This document shows positions 1 to 8,315 of a stretch of 64,000 nt of DNA, piece after piece. The translations under genes and the position numbers were made by a program. The first letter of the stretch is position 1. Each line of letters opens with the position of its first letter. The stretch covers positions 1-64,000 of the IMG/VR virus record IMGVR_UViG_3300010344_000600; one strand, 5' to 3'. The DNA is from a virus (lineage: Duplodnaviria > Caudoviricetes). The notes under the pieces were generated by a model. That model made no database searches. It was not told the origin of the DNA and saw only the letters and a program-made list of their open reading frames with translations.

Positions 1-1
1 T

Positions 2-226
2 CGCGCAAACGCTGTTGCTGCTTACCGCGCTCACTTTGCCGGCGTGCGGACATACCCCGGTCGCCGTGGAGTGCCCAGCGCTCCCGCCAGTCTCAAGCTG
101 GATGATGACCCCAAGCAAGAACTCGTTCTTGATCCAGCCTTCCTCGAAGACGCCGCAGAAGACGCTGCCAAGCTCGCCGCCTTCCAAGACTACTGCCGAT
201 ACAACGGCTGCCCAGTGACGCCATGA
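2..226 (+). CDS. Rz: i-spanin (Rz-like), 5'-truncated by the window edge
   Basis: Frame open from the left edge; C-terminus AAKLAAFQDYCRYNGC resembles Rz C-termini (LQxY..C); a lipoprotein ORF is embedded in the +1 frame. Confidence 0.7.
   Translation, partial: RANAVAAYRAHFAGVRTYPGRRGVPSAPASLKLDDDPKQELVLDPAFLEDAAEDAAKLAAFQDYCRYNGCPVTP
3..218 (+). CDS. Rz1: o-spanin lipoprotein (Rz1-like), 5'-truncated
   Basis: Hydrophobic LLLLTALTLPA-C lipobox followed by Pro-rich GHTPVAVECPALPPVSSWMMTP; nested in the Rz-like ORF. Confidence 0.75.
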   Translation, partial: AQTLLLLTALTLPACGHTPVAVECPALPPVSSWMMTPSKNSFLIQPSSKTPQKTLPSSPPSKTTADTTAAQ

Positions 227-405
227 GCCACTACAAGGACCGACTGATGCGAGCAATAGACGCGGAGCCTAAATCCTTCGTCACGTGCTCGCTCGGCCTC
301 GTTCCACGTTTTGGATCGCCGGCACGTAGGGAGAAGGACTGCAAACTCGACTGCCGGGATTACAACGCTTGCGAAAAGCAGCGGAAGGAGCGGGTTCGTG
401 GATGA
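223..405 (+). CDS. Hypothetical protein (60 aa)
   Basis: ATGA overlaps with both neighbours. Confidence 0.5.
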   Translation: MSHYKDRLMRAIDAEPKSFVTCSLGLVPRFGSPARREKDCKLDCRDYNACEKQRKERVRG

Positions 406-731
406 GCGCTCGGCGGTATCTGAACTGCTGGCTGGCGGCGATGTGGCTCTGGCTCGCAAACCGGGGGGTTCAGTACGCCTGGATACGCCGGTCGCATGCG
501 TTCAGGGGGCTGATACCGCACTTCGGGTATTCCGAGAGGTACGGCTTGCGTTCGTACCGTTCGATCGAGTACCGACCGCCCAAGGGCCAGCGCTGGACAC
601 GCCGAGACTTCGTGATCGGGTTCGACGGGTATTGGCTCGTAACCAGCTACCGGCTGGTCGACGTGCGCCGGTTTGCGACGAAAGAGGAAGCGATGCATCA
701 CTTTTACCAAGGGACGAGCACCAATGAATGA
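402..731 (+). CDS. Hypothetical phage protein (Trp/Arg/Tyr-rich)
   Basis: ATG 402 overlaps the upstream TGA; operon context. Confidence 0.6.
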   Translation: MSARRYLNCWLAAMWLWLANRGVQYAWIRRSHAFRGLIPHFGYSERYGLRSYRSIEYRPPKGQRWTRRDFVIGFDGYWLVTSYRLVDVRRFATKEEAMHHFYQGTSTNE

Positions 732-1137
732 ATATGAAATTCTGCGAAAGACGGACGGTGCACGAGTCGCTGTGTATTCCGCTGAAGGCGAGACAGAGCA
801 GAATGAATTTCCTTCGTCTGACTATGAGCACGTTCTGATTCCAGCGATCAGCGACGAAGGAAGCATTGCGGTGGTAGTCGGCAAGCGGAGACTGACAAAG
901 CTCGAATTCATCGAGAAACTCGGAGATGCCGCTTTTGTAGCCATTCTTCAGATGGCGAAGTCCAGCACGCAGATTGAAGCGTGGGTAGAAAAAATGAAAC
1001 TCACGACGCCTGATCCTGACGGCACCAGTGTCGATCTGGACGATGAGCGCACCCAGTTCGGTGTAGCGGCCATCGGTTCGGCTTTGGTTCAAATGGGTGT
1101 TGTCGAAGCGGGATGGGCTGACGGGGTACTGGCATGA
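724..1137 (+). CDS. Putative tail fibre assembly/chaperone-like protein
   Basis: RRLTKLEFIEKLG...AIL...VDLDDERTQFGV pattern typical of small tail-assembly proteins; coupled to the next gene. Confidence 0.5.
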   Translation: MNEYEILRKTDGARVAVYSAEGETEQNEFPSSDYEHVLIPAISDEGSIAVVVGKRRLTKLEFIEKLGDAAFVAILQMAKSSTQIEAWVEKMKLTTPDPDGTSVDLDDERTQFGVAAIGSALVQMGVVEAGWADGVLA

Positions 1138-3059
1138 CGGATTTCTACTGCGACATTTCTGCGGTCGGGAATGAATACCGCGCTTACGCCAGCAACAACA
1201 CTATTAGCAGTACGGATTGGGGCTACCCTCAAGATGGCAACGGCAAGGCCGGCCCTGGGCACTCTGCGGCGGTCGGGATAGCGACGATTGATTGCGCATC
1301 GGCATCAGCGTCGGGGGCCGGTGTATTGCAGATCATGGGGCAATCGACCGGAGCGCTGGCTACGCTGACTGGATCAACCTCAACACTGGCGAGTAATATC
1401 GTTACGGCGATCAACGGAAGCGCATTGGCGACGACAGCTACATATAGTTCACTACTGCTTCCAGTGAATAGGCTGGTGTGGGCACGTGTCCATCCGACGA
1501 TCAATACGACCGTGCAGATAATGATGCGTATCGCCGGGGCTGATTGGGCTTCTCTCCCGCCGACGACATCAGGTACTTGGGGCACGGCACCGACCATCAC
1601 AGGATTCACAGGTGGTGCAGATGGACCGTTCGCTTATAAGGCGAATAACTCAACAATCTTCGGAAAGACGCTGGGGAATTATGGTCTGTGGTTTGCGGCG
1701 GCAGCAGGGCCGACCGAGCCGTCAGTAACGACGGATGTGATTCATTGCCGCACCAAGCGGGGATCGAATCTTGGTTTCTCCTTGCAATCGTCATCGTCAC
1801 TGGGCCTTACGTGGAAGCAGCGTAACTACGTGTTTGATGACGGTACAACGTGGGCGGGGGAAGACGGGCGACTTACCGCAACTATCCAGAATACGTCAGG
1901 GAGTTCGGTTGCCTTTAATTTCATCTTCCCTAGCAGCGGTCTACTCTCATTCACCTCACGTAAACCAGGAGGGTTTGAAGCTAACGTATCCGTAACAACT
2001 ACGGCGGGAGCGTCCTTGTCCTTTGGCCATTGTCCGGGAGTAGGTAACGCGAAATTTGTATTTTCAAAATGCCGTTTTGTTGAATCTGCATCAAATATTT
2101 CACCAAGCATTTATCTATTCACGGACGGTAGCTCGTCTACAAGTGGCCTTGGTTGTGACGTAGTAGATTCACTGCTGCAATGTCAGGCAACAGCTAAGGA
2201 ACTGATTTACTACGGAGGGAGCACAACGTCTGCTTGGACTCGGTTGAATGGGTCTGTTTTTGAGGTCGTAGCGGCAAGCGGAACTATCGGAAAATTTATC
2301 CGGTATGCGGGATCGTCTAATGTCGGTCGAGTCGAATGGATTGGCGGGGAAGTGCGCGACACCAACGGGGTGTATCGCTGTCCGATGCCGCTCAATATCA
2401 ATACGGCGATTGTGCAGCTTGAGGCTGTTATTGACGGGGTAGTCGGCGTCACGGACGCGGTTATCGGGATTCCGCCTTCCGCTATCAACAACGTGCGGTT
2501 ATGGTGGAATGCCCCCGAAGGCGCAAATAAAGCCTTTCGTATGGAGACTCCGCAGTTCGTCGCTGACTGGAAAGGCGACGGCACCTTCCCACATTGCGGG
2601 GCCTTAAATCTGCAAGGGGCCGAGTGGGCGCACCGGGTAACGTGGAACTCGGCACCGACACGTCAAATCAGCGTAACCCCGCTGAAGTTGTCGTATTTCT
2701 TCCGAAATACCCCGGCGACCAAGACCTTCGATGTGGAACTATACGTGCCCAACGCGACGACTTTTTACGCCGATGAGTTGGAGTTGTCTGCTGCATACAT
2801 GGATAGCGGGGGTACGTGGCGCGTCGAAACCCTGTCTGCGTCACGAGGTCTGCAACTCGCAGCATCACGCTCAGCAATTGCGTCTAGCGGAAAGATATGG
2901 ACGCCCAACGGTGTGGCTAGTTTTTCAGCAAAAAAGCTTAGCCTGACCACTACGTATTCGGTAAAGCAGAACAGTGAAGTCATGCTGCGCTTGTCCCTGT
3001 GCGCCCCCCGCGCAGTGGCCTTAGTCTTCTATGTTTCCCCCGAGCCTACCGTATCATGA
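1134..3059 (+). CDS. Virion/tail structural protein (641 aa, Ser/Thr/Gly-rich, probably beta-rich)
   Basis: Long ORF in the tail cluster, ATGA coupling on both sides, composition typical of tail spikes/fibres. Confidence 0.6.
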   Translation: MTDFYCDISAVGNEYRAYASNNTISSTDWGYPQDGNGKAGPGHSAAVGIATIDCASASASGAGVLQIMGQSTGALATLTGSTSTLASNIVTAINGSALATTATYSSLLLPVNRLVWARVHPTINTTVQIMMRIAGADWASLPPTTSGTWGTAPTITGFTGGADGPFAYKANNSTIFGKTLGNYGLWFAAAAGPTEPSVTTDVIHCRTKRGSNLGFSLQSSSSLGLTWKQRNYVFDDGTTWAGEDGRLTATIQNTSGSSVAFNFIFPSSGLLSFTSRKPGGFEANVSVTTTAGASLSFGHCPGVGNAKFVFSKCRFVESASNISPSIYLFTDGSSSTSGLGCDVVDSLLQCQATAKELIYYGGSTTSAWTRLNGSVFEVVAASGTIGKFIRYAGSSNVGRVEWIGGEVRDTNGVYRCPMPLNINTAIVQLEAVIDGVVGVTDAVIGIPPSAINNVRLWWNAPEGANKAFRMETPQFVADWKGDGTFPHCGALNLQGAEWAHRVTWNSAPTRQISVTPLKLSYFFRNTPATKTFDVELYVPNATTFYADELELSAAYMDSGGTWRVETLSASRGLQLAASRSAIASSGKIWTPNGVASFSAKKLSLTTTYSVKQNSEVMLRLSLCAPRAVALVFYVSPEPTVS

Positions 3060-3451
3060 CCGTGGCGCTGTTCAACTTCCTGTCGCCCTATCCGGTATCA
3101 CGTCCGGTTGAACTTCCGGGAAACAATCAGGGGTTCTTGAATACAACGTTGTCCATACAGCGCCTGCCTACTGAACCGATTGGAACCTTCACCTTGACGC
3201 TGACCAATGTTGTCGTTGGTTCACGCGTCCACGTCGAAAAACAGAACGACGGTACGCAGTACTACGACGACGTTGCCGAGACTTCTACAGTAATCATCGC
3301 TCTATCGACCTACGGCCCTGGTAGTGATTACAACGATCTGCGTATCAAGGTGCGCAAAGGAAGTTCGGCCACGTATTACAAACCTTATGAAACCCTGACA
3401 ACCGCCGTCGTTGGCGCGCAGTCGATTTACGTTTCACAAATCCCCGATTGA
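3056..3451 (+). CDS. Small virion protein (Ig-like/beta-sandwich type)
   Basis: ATG 3056 overlaps the upstream stop; LTLTNVVVGSRVHVE...IKVRKGSSATYYKPYET beta pattern. Confidence 0.55.
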   Translation: MTVALFNFLSPYPVSRPVELPGNNQGFLNTTLSIQRLPTEPIGTFTLTLTNVVVGSRVHVEKQNDGTQYYDDVAETSTVIIALSTYGPGSDYNDLRIKVRKGSSATYYKPYETLTTAVVGAQSIYVSQIPD

Positions 3452-3461
3452 GGTAATCACC

Positions 3462-5153
3462 GTGACCATAGCTTCCGACTTCAGCATCCACACTACAACC
3501 AAGGTCATCTCTTACATAGGGGCCGCGCACGGGGTAAGCGGTGCAGGGTATTACACCGTTCTAGAGCTTCACCGTTGGCTGCAAGCCCTGGCTGCTGACG
3601 CGGGGGCAACCGGCGACGACTACATGGACATCAGCCGCGTCACGCCTTCTGATAAGCAGTTCGACACGATTATCACCTTGGTCAATGGCTACACAATTGA
3701 CGCGGCGGCGAGCGAGCATTTGTACTCCGGCTCGATAATCCAGGCAGGCGGAGATACGATATTCGACGGTATGCAGGTGATTGCCGGGGCGGGCGCACAT
3801 ATCCAGGTAATTCAGATTGGGGCAGTCCTCTCTAATGACTTCTGGAATTCTGTGCCCTACGGGACGGGCGTGAAAGGGTTGAACCCTGACGCCGCTAATG
3901 GAATCGCGTGCCGCTTCATGCTGAAGGTGCGTGATAGCGCGGCGGATATCGATGGCCGAAGGTTGTTGCTACAAACCCGAGAGTTCGGGTACAGCTATAC
4001 CGAGTTCAAACTGAACGGAACATCTCGCGGCATCAACGTCGCGGCCTTGACATACGCTTCCGACCTGAACAACCAGACGGCAAGCGGGACGGTAGCGGGA
4101 TGGAGCGATGTGGCCAATTTGACGGCTGGCTACAACGGGCTTGATGTAAACGCCGACTCGACGCTTGAGTATTACTATTCAAAGTGGGACAGGGGTTCGC
4201 GCTCAATAAATCAGTTCTATGAGCGAATGAAGTACCTCACGCGGCGCGGTGAAACTACCACGCTGTATGGGCTAGCGGGGCACCTGTTTAGAGGGATCAC
4301 GCACGAAGTCGCTGTTACTACGCCGCGCACCAGCACGATTGCAGAAGGTGTAGCAGCAAGTTGGTCAGGTGGAACAGGGCAAGTCCTGGCGCGGGATAGC
4401 GCGGGGACGGCGACGAAGGTATGGATTCAGTTGCTTACCGGGATCGCGCCGACTGCTGGGCAGACAATCACCGTCGGGGGTGGATCGGTCACGGCAGCGT
4501 CAGGAACGCCGAGTACAGAGCGAGCTTTGTCCTTCCCGTTCTGCGGGGTAAGTACGGGGTCTGCGATCATCGGCGCGTATGGTTTCGCTCTTGAGACGGC
4601 TGATTTGTCGGTCAACGATAAACTGTTCGACTTGACCAACACGCTACGCAACCCGCCGAACCTCGTCACATTCACGGTATCTGGGCTGGTTGTGTCCGAG
4701 GATTATCTTCTGGTCGGGCCGGGGAACAGCGGGGCGCTGGTCGAGAACCAGTTTACGTTGAACGGGGCGCTGACTGGCGCATCGGTAACCTCGGTGGTTG
4801 TCACCGGATCGATTCCTGCGGATACGCCGGCTACGGGAACAATTCGCATCAAACGGGCCAACGGCGCATTTTCGCGTCACCCTTATTCCGCTTGGACTGG
4901 ATCTACCTTTACGATCACGTCCCATGACTTTTCGAGCAATAACGCGGCCAACGGCAACAACGCGTTTATCAGTTACATCGACACTCTTGCCGGCGCGACG
5001 ACGGCGTCGTTCCAGGCCACCTACGTAACAGACCGAGAACTCTTTGTGCGCCGCCGAGACGGTGGAGCCACACCGACGAAGACGTTTGAAACAGCGGCAA
5101 CGCTCGGTGTCGCCGGCGGCAGCGTAGCCGTGCAGCGCCTGTCGGACGCCTAA
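3462..5153 (+). CDS. Conserved phage structural protein (~563 aa)
   Basis: GAGGT RBS before GTG 3462; N-terminus YTVLELHRWLQ..A.D....DD..DI...TPSD of a type recurrent in aquatic phage structural genes. Confidence 0.65.
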   Translation: MTIASDFSIHTTTKVISYIGAAHGVSGAGYYTVLELHRWLQALAADAGATGDDYMDISRVTPSDKQFDTIITLVNGYTIDAAASEHLYSGSIIQAGGDTIFDGMQVIAGAGAHIQVIQIGAVLSNDFWNSVPYGTGVKGLNPDAANGIACRFMLKVRDSAADIDGRRLLLQTREFGYSYTEFKLNGTSRGINVAALTYASDLNNQTASGTVAGWSDVANLTAGYNGLDVNADSTLEYYYSKWDRGSRSINQFYERMKYLTRRGETTTLYGLAGHLFRGITHEVAVTTPRTSTIAEGVAASWSGGTGQVLARDSAGTATKVWIQLLTGIAPTAGQTITVGGGSVTAASGTPSTERALSFPFCGVSTGSAIIGAYGFALETADLSVNDKLFDLTNTLRNPPNLVTFTVSGLVVSEDYLLVGPGNSGALVENQFTLNGALTGASVTSVVVTGSIPADTPATGTIRIKRANGAFSRHPYSAWTGSTFTITSHDFSSNNAANGNNAFISYIDTLAGATTASFQATYVTDRELFVRRRDGGATPTKTFETAATLGVAGGSVAVQRLSDA

Positions 5154-5157
5154 CCTC

Positions 5158-5643
5158 GTGTCTATTGCGATCAACTGGGCGACTAAGGTTATTAACGTCC
5201 CGCGGGCGGACCTGTTATTTGTCAGTACAGGCCTATACGAGTTGGACGTGGATGCCTTTCGCCTGGCGTTGAAGGACCTTGAGGACAGCGTCGACGGCGT
5301 GGCTTTCCCCGACACACACCGGCACAACACGGCTGTCATCCTGTCGGGAGTGACATATTCACGCACCTTTGAAATCATCAACGGTTACACCGTGCTGTTT
5401 GAAGACCTCGGCCCGTATACAGTGCGCTGTGTCGGGGCGAACCACAACATCGCAGATGTTAAGGTGGTAAACCAAGTCAGCATGCTGATCGGCAACAGCT
5501 CCGGCTTGATCACGGTGGCGACTGGTTCGGGACCAAGCGCCTCCAGTATTGCCGACGCCGTTTGGTCGCACATCAATCGTTCGACAACCCCAGCAGAGCG
5601 CCTTGAAATTGCCAATGCCGTGCTTAACGGAGTGACCTTCTGA
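5158..5643 (+). CDS. Conserved phage structural protein (161 aa)
   Basis: RLALKDLEDS..G..FPDTH.HNT.V.LSGVTY.R..EIINGYTV.FED motif; tight operon spacing. Confidence 0.65.
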   Translation: MSIAINWATKVINVPRADLLFVSTGLYELDVDAFRLALKDLEDSVDGVAFPDTHRHNTAVILSGVTYSRTFEIINGYTVLFEDLGPYTVRCVGANHNIADVKVVNQVSMLIGNSSGLITVATGSGPSASSIADAVWSHINRSTTPAERLEIANAVLNGVTF

Positions 5644-6002
5644 TGCCGACGCTCGCCGTCCAAGCCAAGACGCTGTCCGGACTTTCCTCGGGAACGCTGG
5701 CACAACACATGCTGGCGATTACCGCAGGCACCGGAACCGGAGCAACCATCTTCGTCGACCGACTGACCCTGTGCGCCGAGACGCCGACCATGACGCTGGT
5801 ACGCAAGTCGCGTGCCGACGTGCAGCAACCCGCCGCGCAGTCCGTCTCTCGTCCGGGGAAGAAGCGGATCAAACGACTCGACGTGCGGTTAGTACAGGAT
5901 CAGATGTGGATCGTCCAGCGCACCGAAACAACGGCAACGGCGATAGGTAACAAGAACAAAGTGGTCAGCACATCAAACCGCTTTGTCGGCGTGATCGGAT
6001 AA
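5643..6002 (+). CDS. Hypothetical virion-associated protein
   Basis: TGATG overlap with the upstream gene. Confidence 0.55.
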   Translation: MPTLAVQAKTLSGLSSGTLAQHMLAITAGTGTGATIFVDRLTLCAETPTMTLVRKSRADVQQPAAQSVSRPGKKRIKRLDVRLVQDQMWIVQRTETTATAIGNKNKVVSTSNRFVGVIG

Positions 6003-6004
6003 CC

Positions 6005-6106
6005 ATGCCAACCACCCCTTACGCAATGTACGTTCGTATCGTAGCGAAGAACATTTACGTGACGCTTCGACAGGCGACGATGACATTTCTCAAGAGGACT
6101 AAATAA
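6005..6106 (+). CDS. Small ORF, 33 aa (MPTTPYAMYVRIVAKNIYVTLRQATMTFLKRTK), not in the ORF track
   Basis: Fills the gap exactly; starts 2 nt after the upstream stop and its TAA overlaps the next ATG (TAATG). Confidence 0.5.
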   Translation: MPTTPYAMYVRIVAKNIYVTLRQATMTFLKRTK

Positions 6107-6963
6107 TGGCGGGAGATCCTTACTGGAACAGCGTGGTTGTTGCCATGCACATGAGCGACACGGGTCTGACAGACCTGAAAGGGCATACAGTTGCCCTTTT
6201 AGGCAACGCCGCCAGGGTCACTAATGCAAGCAGCTTCAGCGGCTACTCGGCTGGGTTTGATGGCGCGGGGGACTATTTAACCATTGCGCACGCAGCCAAC
6301 CTTGATTTAGGTAGCGGGGATTTCCACATCGGCTGCTTCTTCACGACTTCGGCATTGGGCGCGAACCAGACCATCCACACGAAACGGCTAACGAACGCGG
6401 TATACGCCCCTTGGCACCTTTACGTTGACGCCACGGGGCACATGGTACTAAGCATTTCCATTACCGGATCAAGCTCGGCCTTCGTTTCCACGTCAACGCT
6501 AACGTTAACCGCTGGCACCCGATATTACATAGAACTGATTCGGTCAGGGACGGCCTTTACCGCCTACGCGAACGGGACTTCCTTCTGCTCTGGAACAGCA
6601 TCGGGGGCGCTGATGACGAATACGTCGTATATCGTTGTCGGCGGCGATAACGGGGCTAACTACAGCACGGCAAAAATAGATGACCTTTTAGTAACCCGCG
6701 CTGCTCGGCCACAAGGCGTCCCTTCCGCTACGTTTGCTGAAGCAATGGTTGCTGTCTCAGGGACCGTGCGCGATGCTTCCAACACCCTTGTTGCTAAGCC
6801 GGTTCATGTCCACCGGGAGTCGGATGGCGCGCTGGCCGGAATAACGACCTCGACAGGAGGCGTGTTCTCTGTCGATGCGCTGGACGCCACCCCGCATTAT
6901 GCGACGTGCATTTTCGACAATACCACGGCGTCGCCAACCATCCACAACATCACCCCGTTTTAA
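6106..6963 (+). CDS. LamG/concanavalin-A-like lectin domain tail protein
   Basis: GDPYWNSVV..MH N-terminus; FDGAGDYL, GDF.IGCFF, YANG...IDDL.VT LamG pattern. Confidence 0.75.
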   Translation: MAGDPYWNSVVVAMHMSDTGLTDLKGHTVALLGNAARVTNASSFSGYSAGFDGAGDYLTIAHAANLDLGSGDFHIGCFFTTSALGANQTIHTKRLTNAVYAPWHLYVDATGHMVLSISITGSSSAFVSTSTLTLTAGTRYYIELIRSGTAFTAYANGTSFCSGTASGALMTNTSYIVVGGDNGANYSTAKIDDLLVTRAARPQGVPSATFAEAMVAVSGTVRDASNTLVAKPVHVHRESDGALAGITTSTGGVFSVDALDATPHYATCIFDNTTASPTIHNITPF

Positions 6964-6977
6964 CAAGGAGCATCACT

Positions 6978-7415
6978 ATGGCAATCGTTCGATTCAACCT
7001 CACGATACGCAACAACATCCTGTCGCAAGTGCAGAACGGAATCGACAGCGGTTCCGGGGCAGGGTACTTCGATGTATACACCGCTCCCATGCCTGCGAAA
7101 ATCACGGACGCCGAAACAGGGACGAAGCTTGGCCGACTGACGTTCTCGGATTCCTGCTCGGCAGGGCCTGCAGTTGATGGTACGGATGACACCAAGTCCA
7201 ACCTGATTTGCGCACCAGCGCCGGGGATTACACAGGATGCATCTGCTGACAATGACGGAGTGGCGGCCTGGGCCAGATGCTATAACTCGGCGGGCGTGGC
7301 GCAGTGCGATGTCGACGTGACGAATACGGGCGGCGGCGGAGCGCTGCAGCTCAATACGACGAACATCAAAGCGCTAGGCCCGATCATTGCGACGAGCTTC
7401 AAGTTCTACGTCTAA
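6978..7415 (+). CDS. Phage structural protein (145 aa)
   Basis: AAGGAG RBS; RNNILS....ID.G.G.G...VYT..P...A.D.SADN.G.A.WAR pattern common in phage tail regions. Confidence 0.65.
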   Translation: MAIVRFNLTIRNNILSQVQNGIDSGSGAGYFDVYTAPMPAKITDAETGTKLGRLTFSDSCSAGPAVDGTDDTKSNLICAPAPGITQDASADNDGVAAWARCYNSAGVAQCDVDVTNTGGGGALQLNTTNIKALGPIIATSFKFYV

Positions 7416-7418
7416 GCA

Positions 7419-8315
7419 ATGAGCTACGCCGCTCCTGCCGGTAACGCTGTACATTTCGTACAGTCTAGTGCGGCCTACACTGCACCGGCAGGTAATGCGG
7501 TTAACTTCACCTTCCCCCTGCTTGCCGAAGGGATTATCCCTGTTTCTGTAGGGTGCGCTGCGGCGGCGGTGCATGGCGTTGTCTCGACGGCGGCGGTACA
7601 GATACCGCTCGGCGTAACCGCAGCAGGAAGCGTGCCCTACCAGGCGCAGGGAAACGTCCCCGTACTTGTAGGCGTTTTTGCAGAACTTGAAGTCAAGCAG
7701 TCTATTTCCGGAAACATCCCGGTCCCTGTATCGTGTAGTGCGGCATTGCTTGGTCCGGTTTATTGCACAGGCGAAATACCGATTCCGCTGACGGCTTCCG
7801 GCACGGTGATGGCGGCAGTCAACATCGACGGAGCCGTGCCAATCGCTGTAAGGTGCATCGCTTCCGGGGGCGTTCCGTACTCCCTGTCAGGGGATTGCCC
7901 GGTTATCGTTTCTGTGCAAGGCGCGGGCTTCGCCGCGATAAACGTCAAAGGGGCGGTGGGGATACCCGTTTCTGCTGCTGGGCAGTTAAACGCGGGGGGT
8001 GCTATTTCGGGCGCTGTGCGGATTCCTGTCGGTGCCTCTGCTGCCTTGGCCCACGGCAGGGTGTTATCCGCAAGTGCTCCGATTCGCCTATCCTGCTCTG
8101 GGACCATGCGGCATGGCGTGTCTTTAACGGGGGCCATTCCCGTCGGCATCTCGATAGACGCAACCGGGACCGTGAGAAGCGTGGTAGGCATCACTGGGGC
8201 AACACCCGTCATCCTCGGCGTAACAGGGTATTTGTCCGTGGATGACGCAAGGGCAAGCACCGATCGGCGAATGTACGTAAGGACGAGGCAACCGCGAGTC
8301 GAGGTTTTACTGTGA
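7419..8315 (+). CDS. Repeat-containing fibre/shaft-like virion protein (about twelve 20-aa repeats)
   Basis: 20-residue periodicity G-x-[IV]-P-[VI]-x-V...; duplicated N-terminal YxAPAGNAVxF. Confidence 0.6.
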   Translation: MSYAAPAGNAVHFVQSSAAYTAPAGNAVNFTFPLLAEGIIPVSVGCAAAAVHGVVSTAAVQIPLGVTAAGSVPYQAQGNVPVLVGVFAELEVKQSISGNIPVPVSCSAALLGPVYCTGEIPIPLTASGTVMAAVNIDGAVPIAVRCIASGGVPYSLSGDCPVIVSVQGAGFAAINVKGAVGIPVSAAGQLNAGGAISGAVRIPVGASAALAHGRVLSASAPIRLSCSGTMRHGVSLTGAIPVGISIDATGTVRSVVGITGATPVILGVTGYLSVDDARASTDRRMYVRTRQPRVEVLL

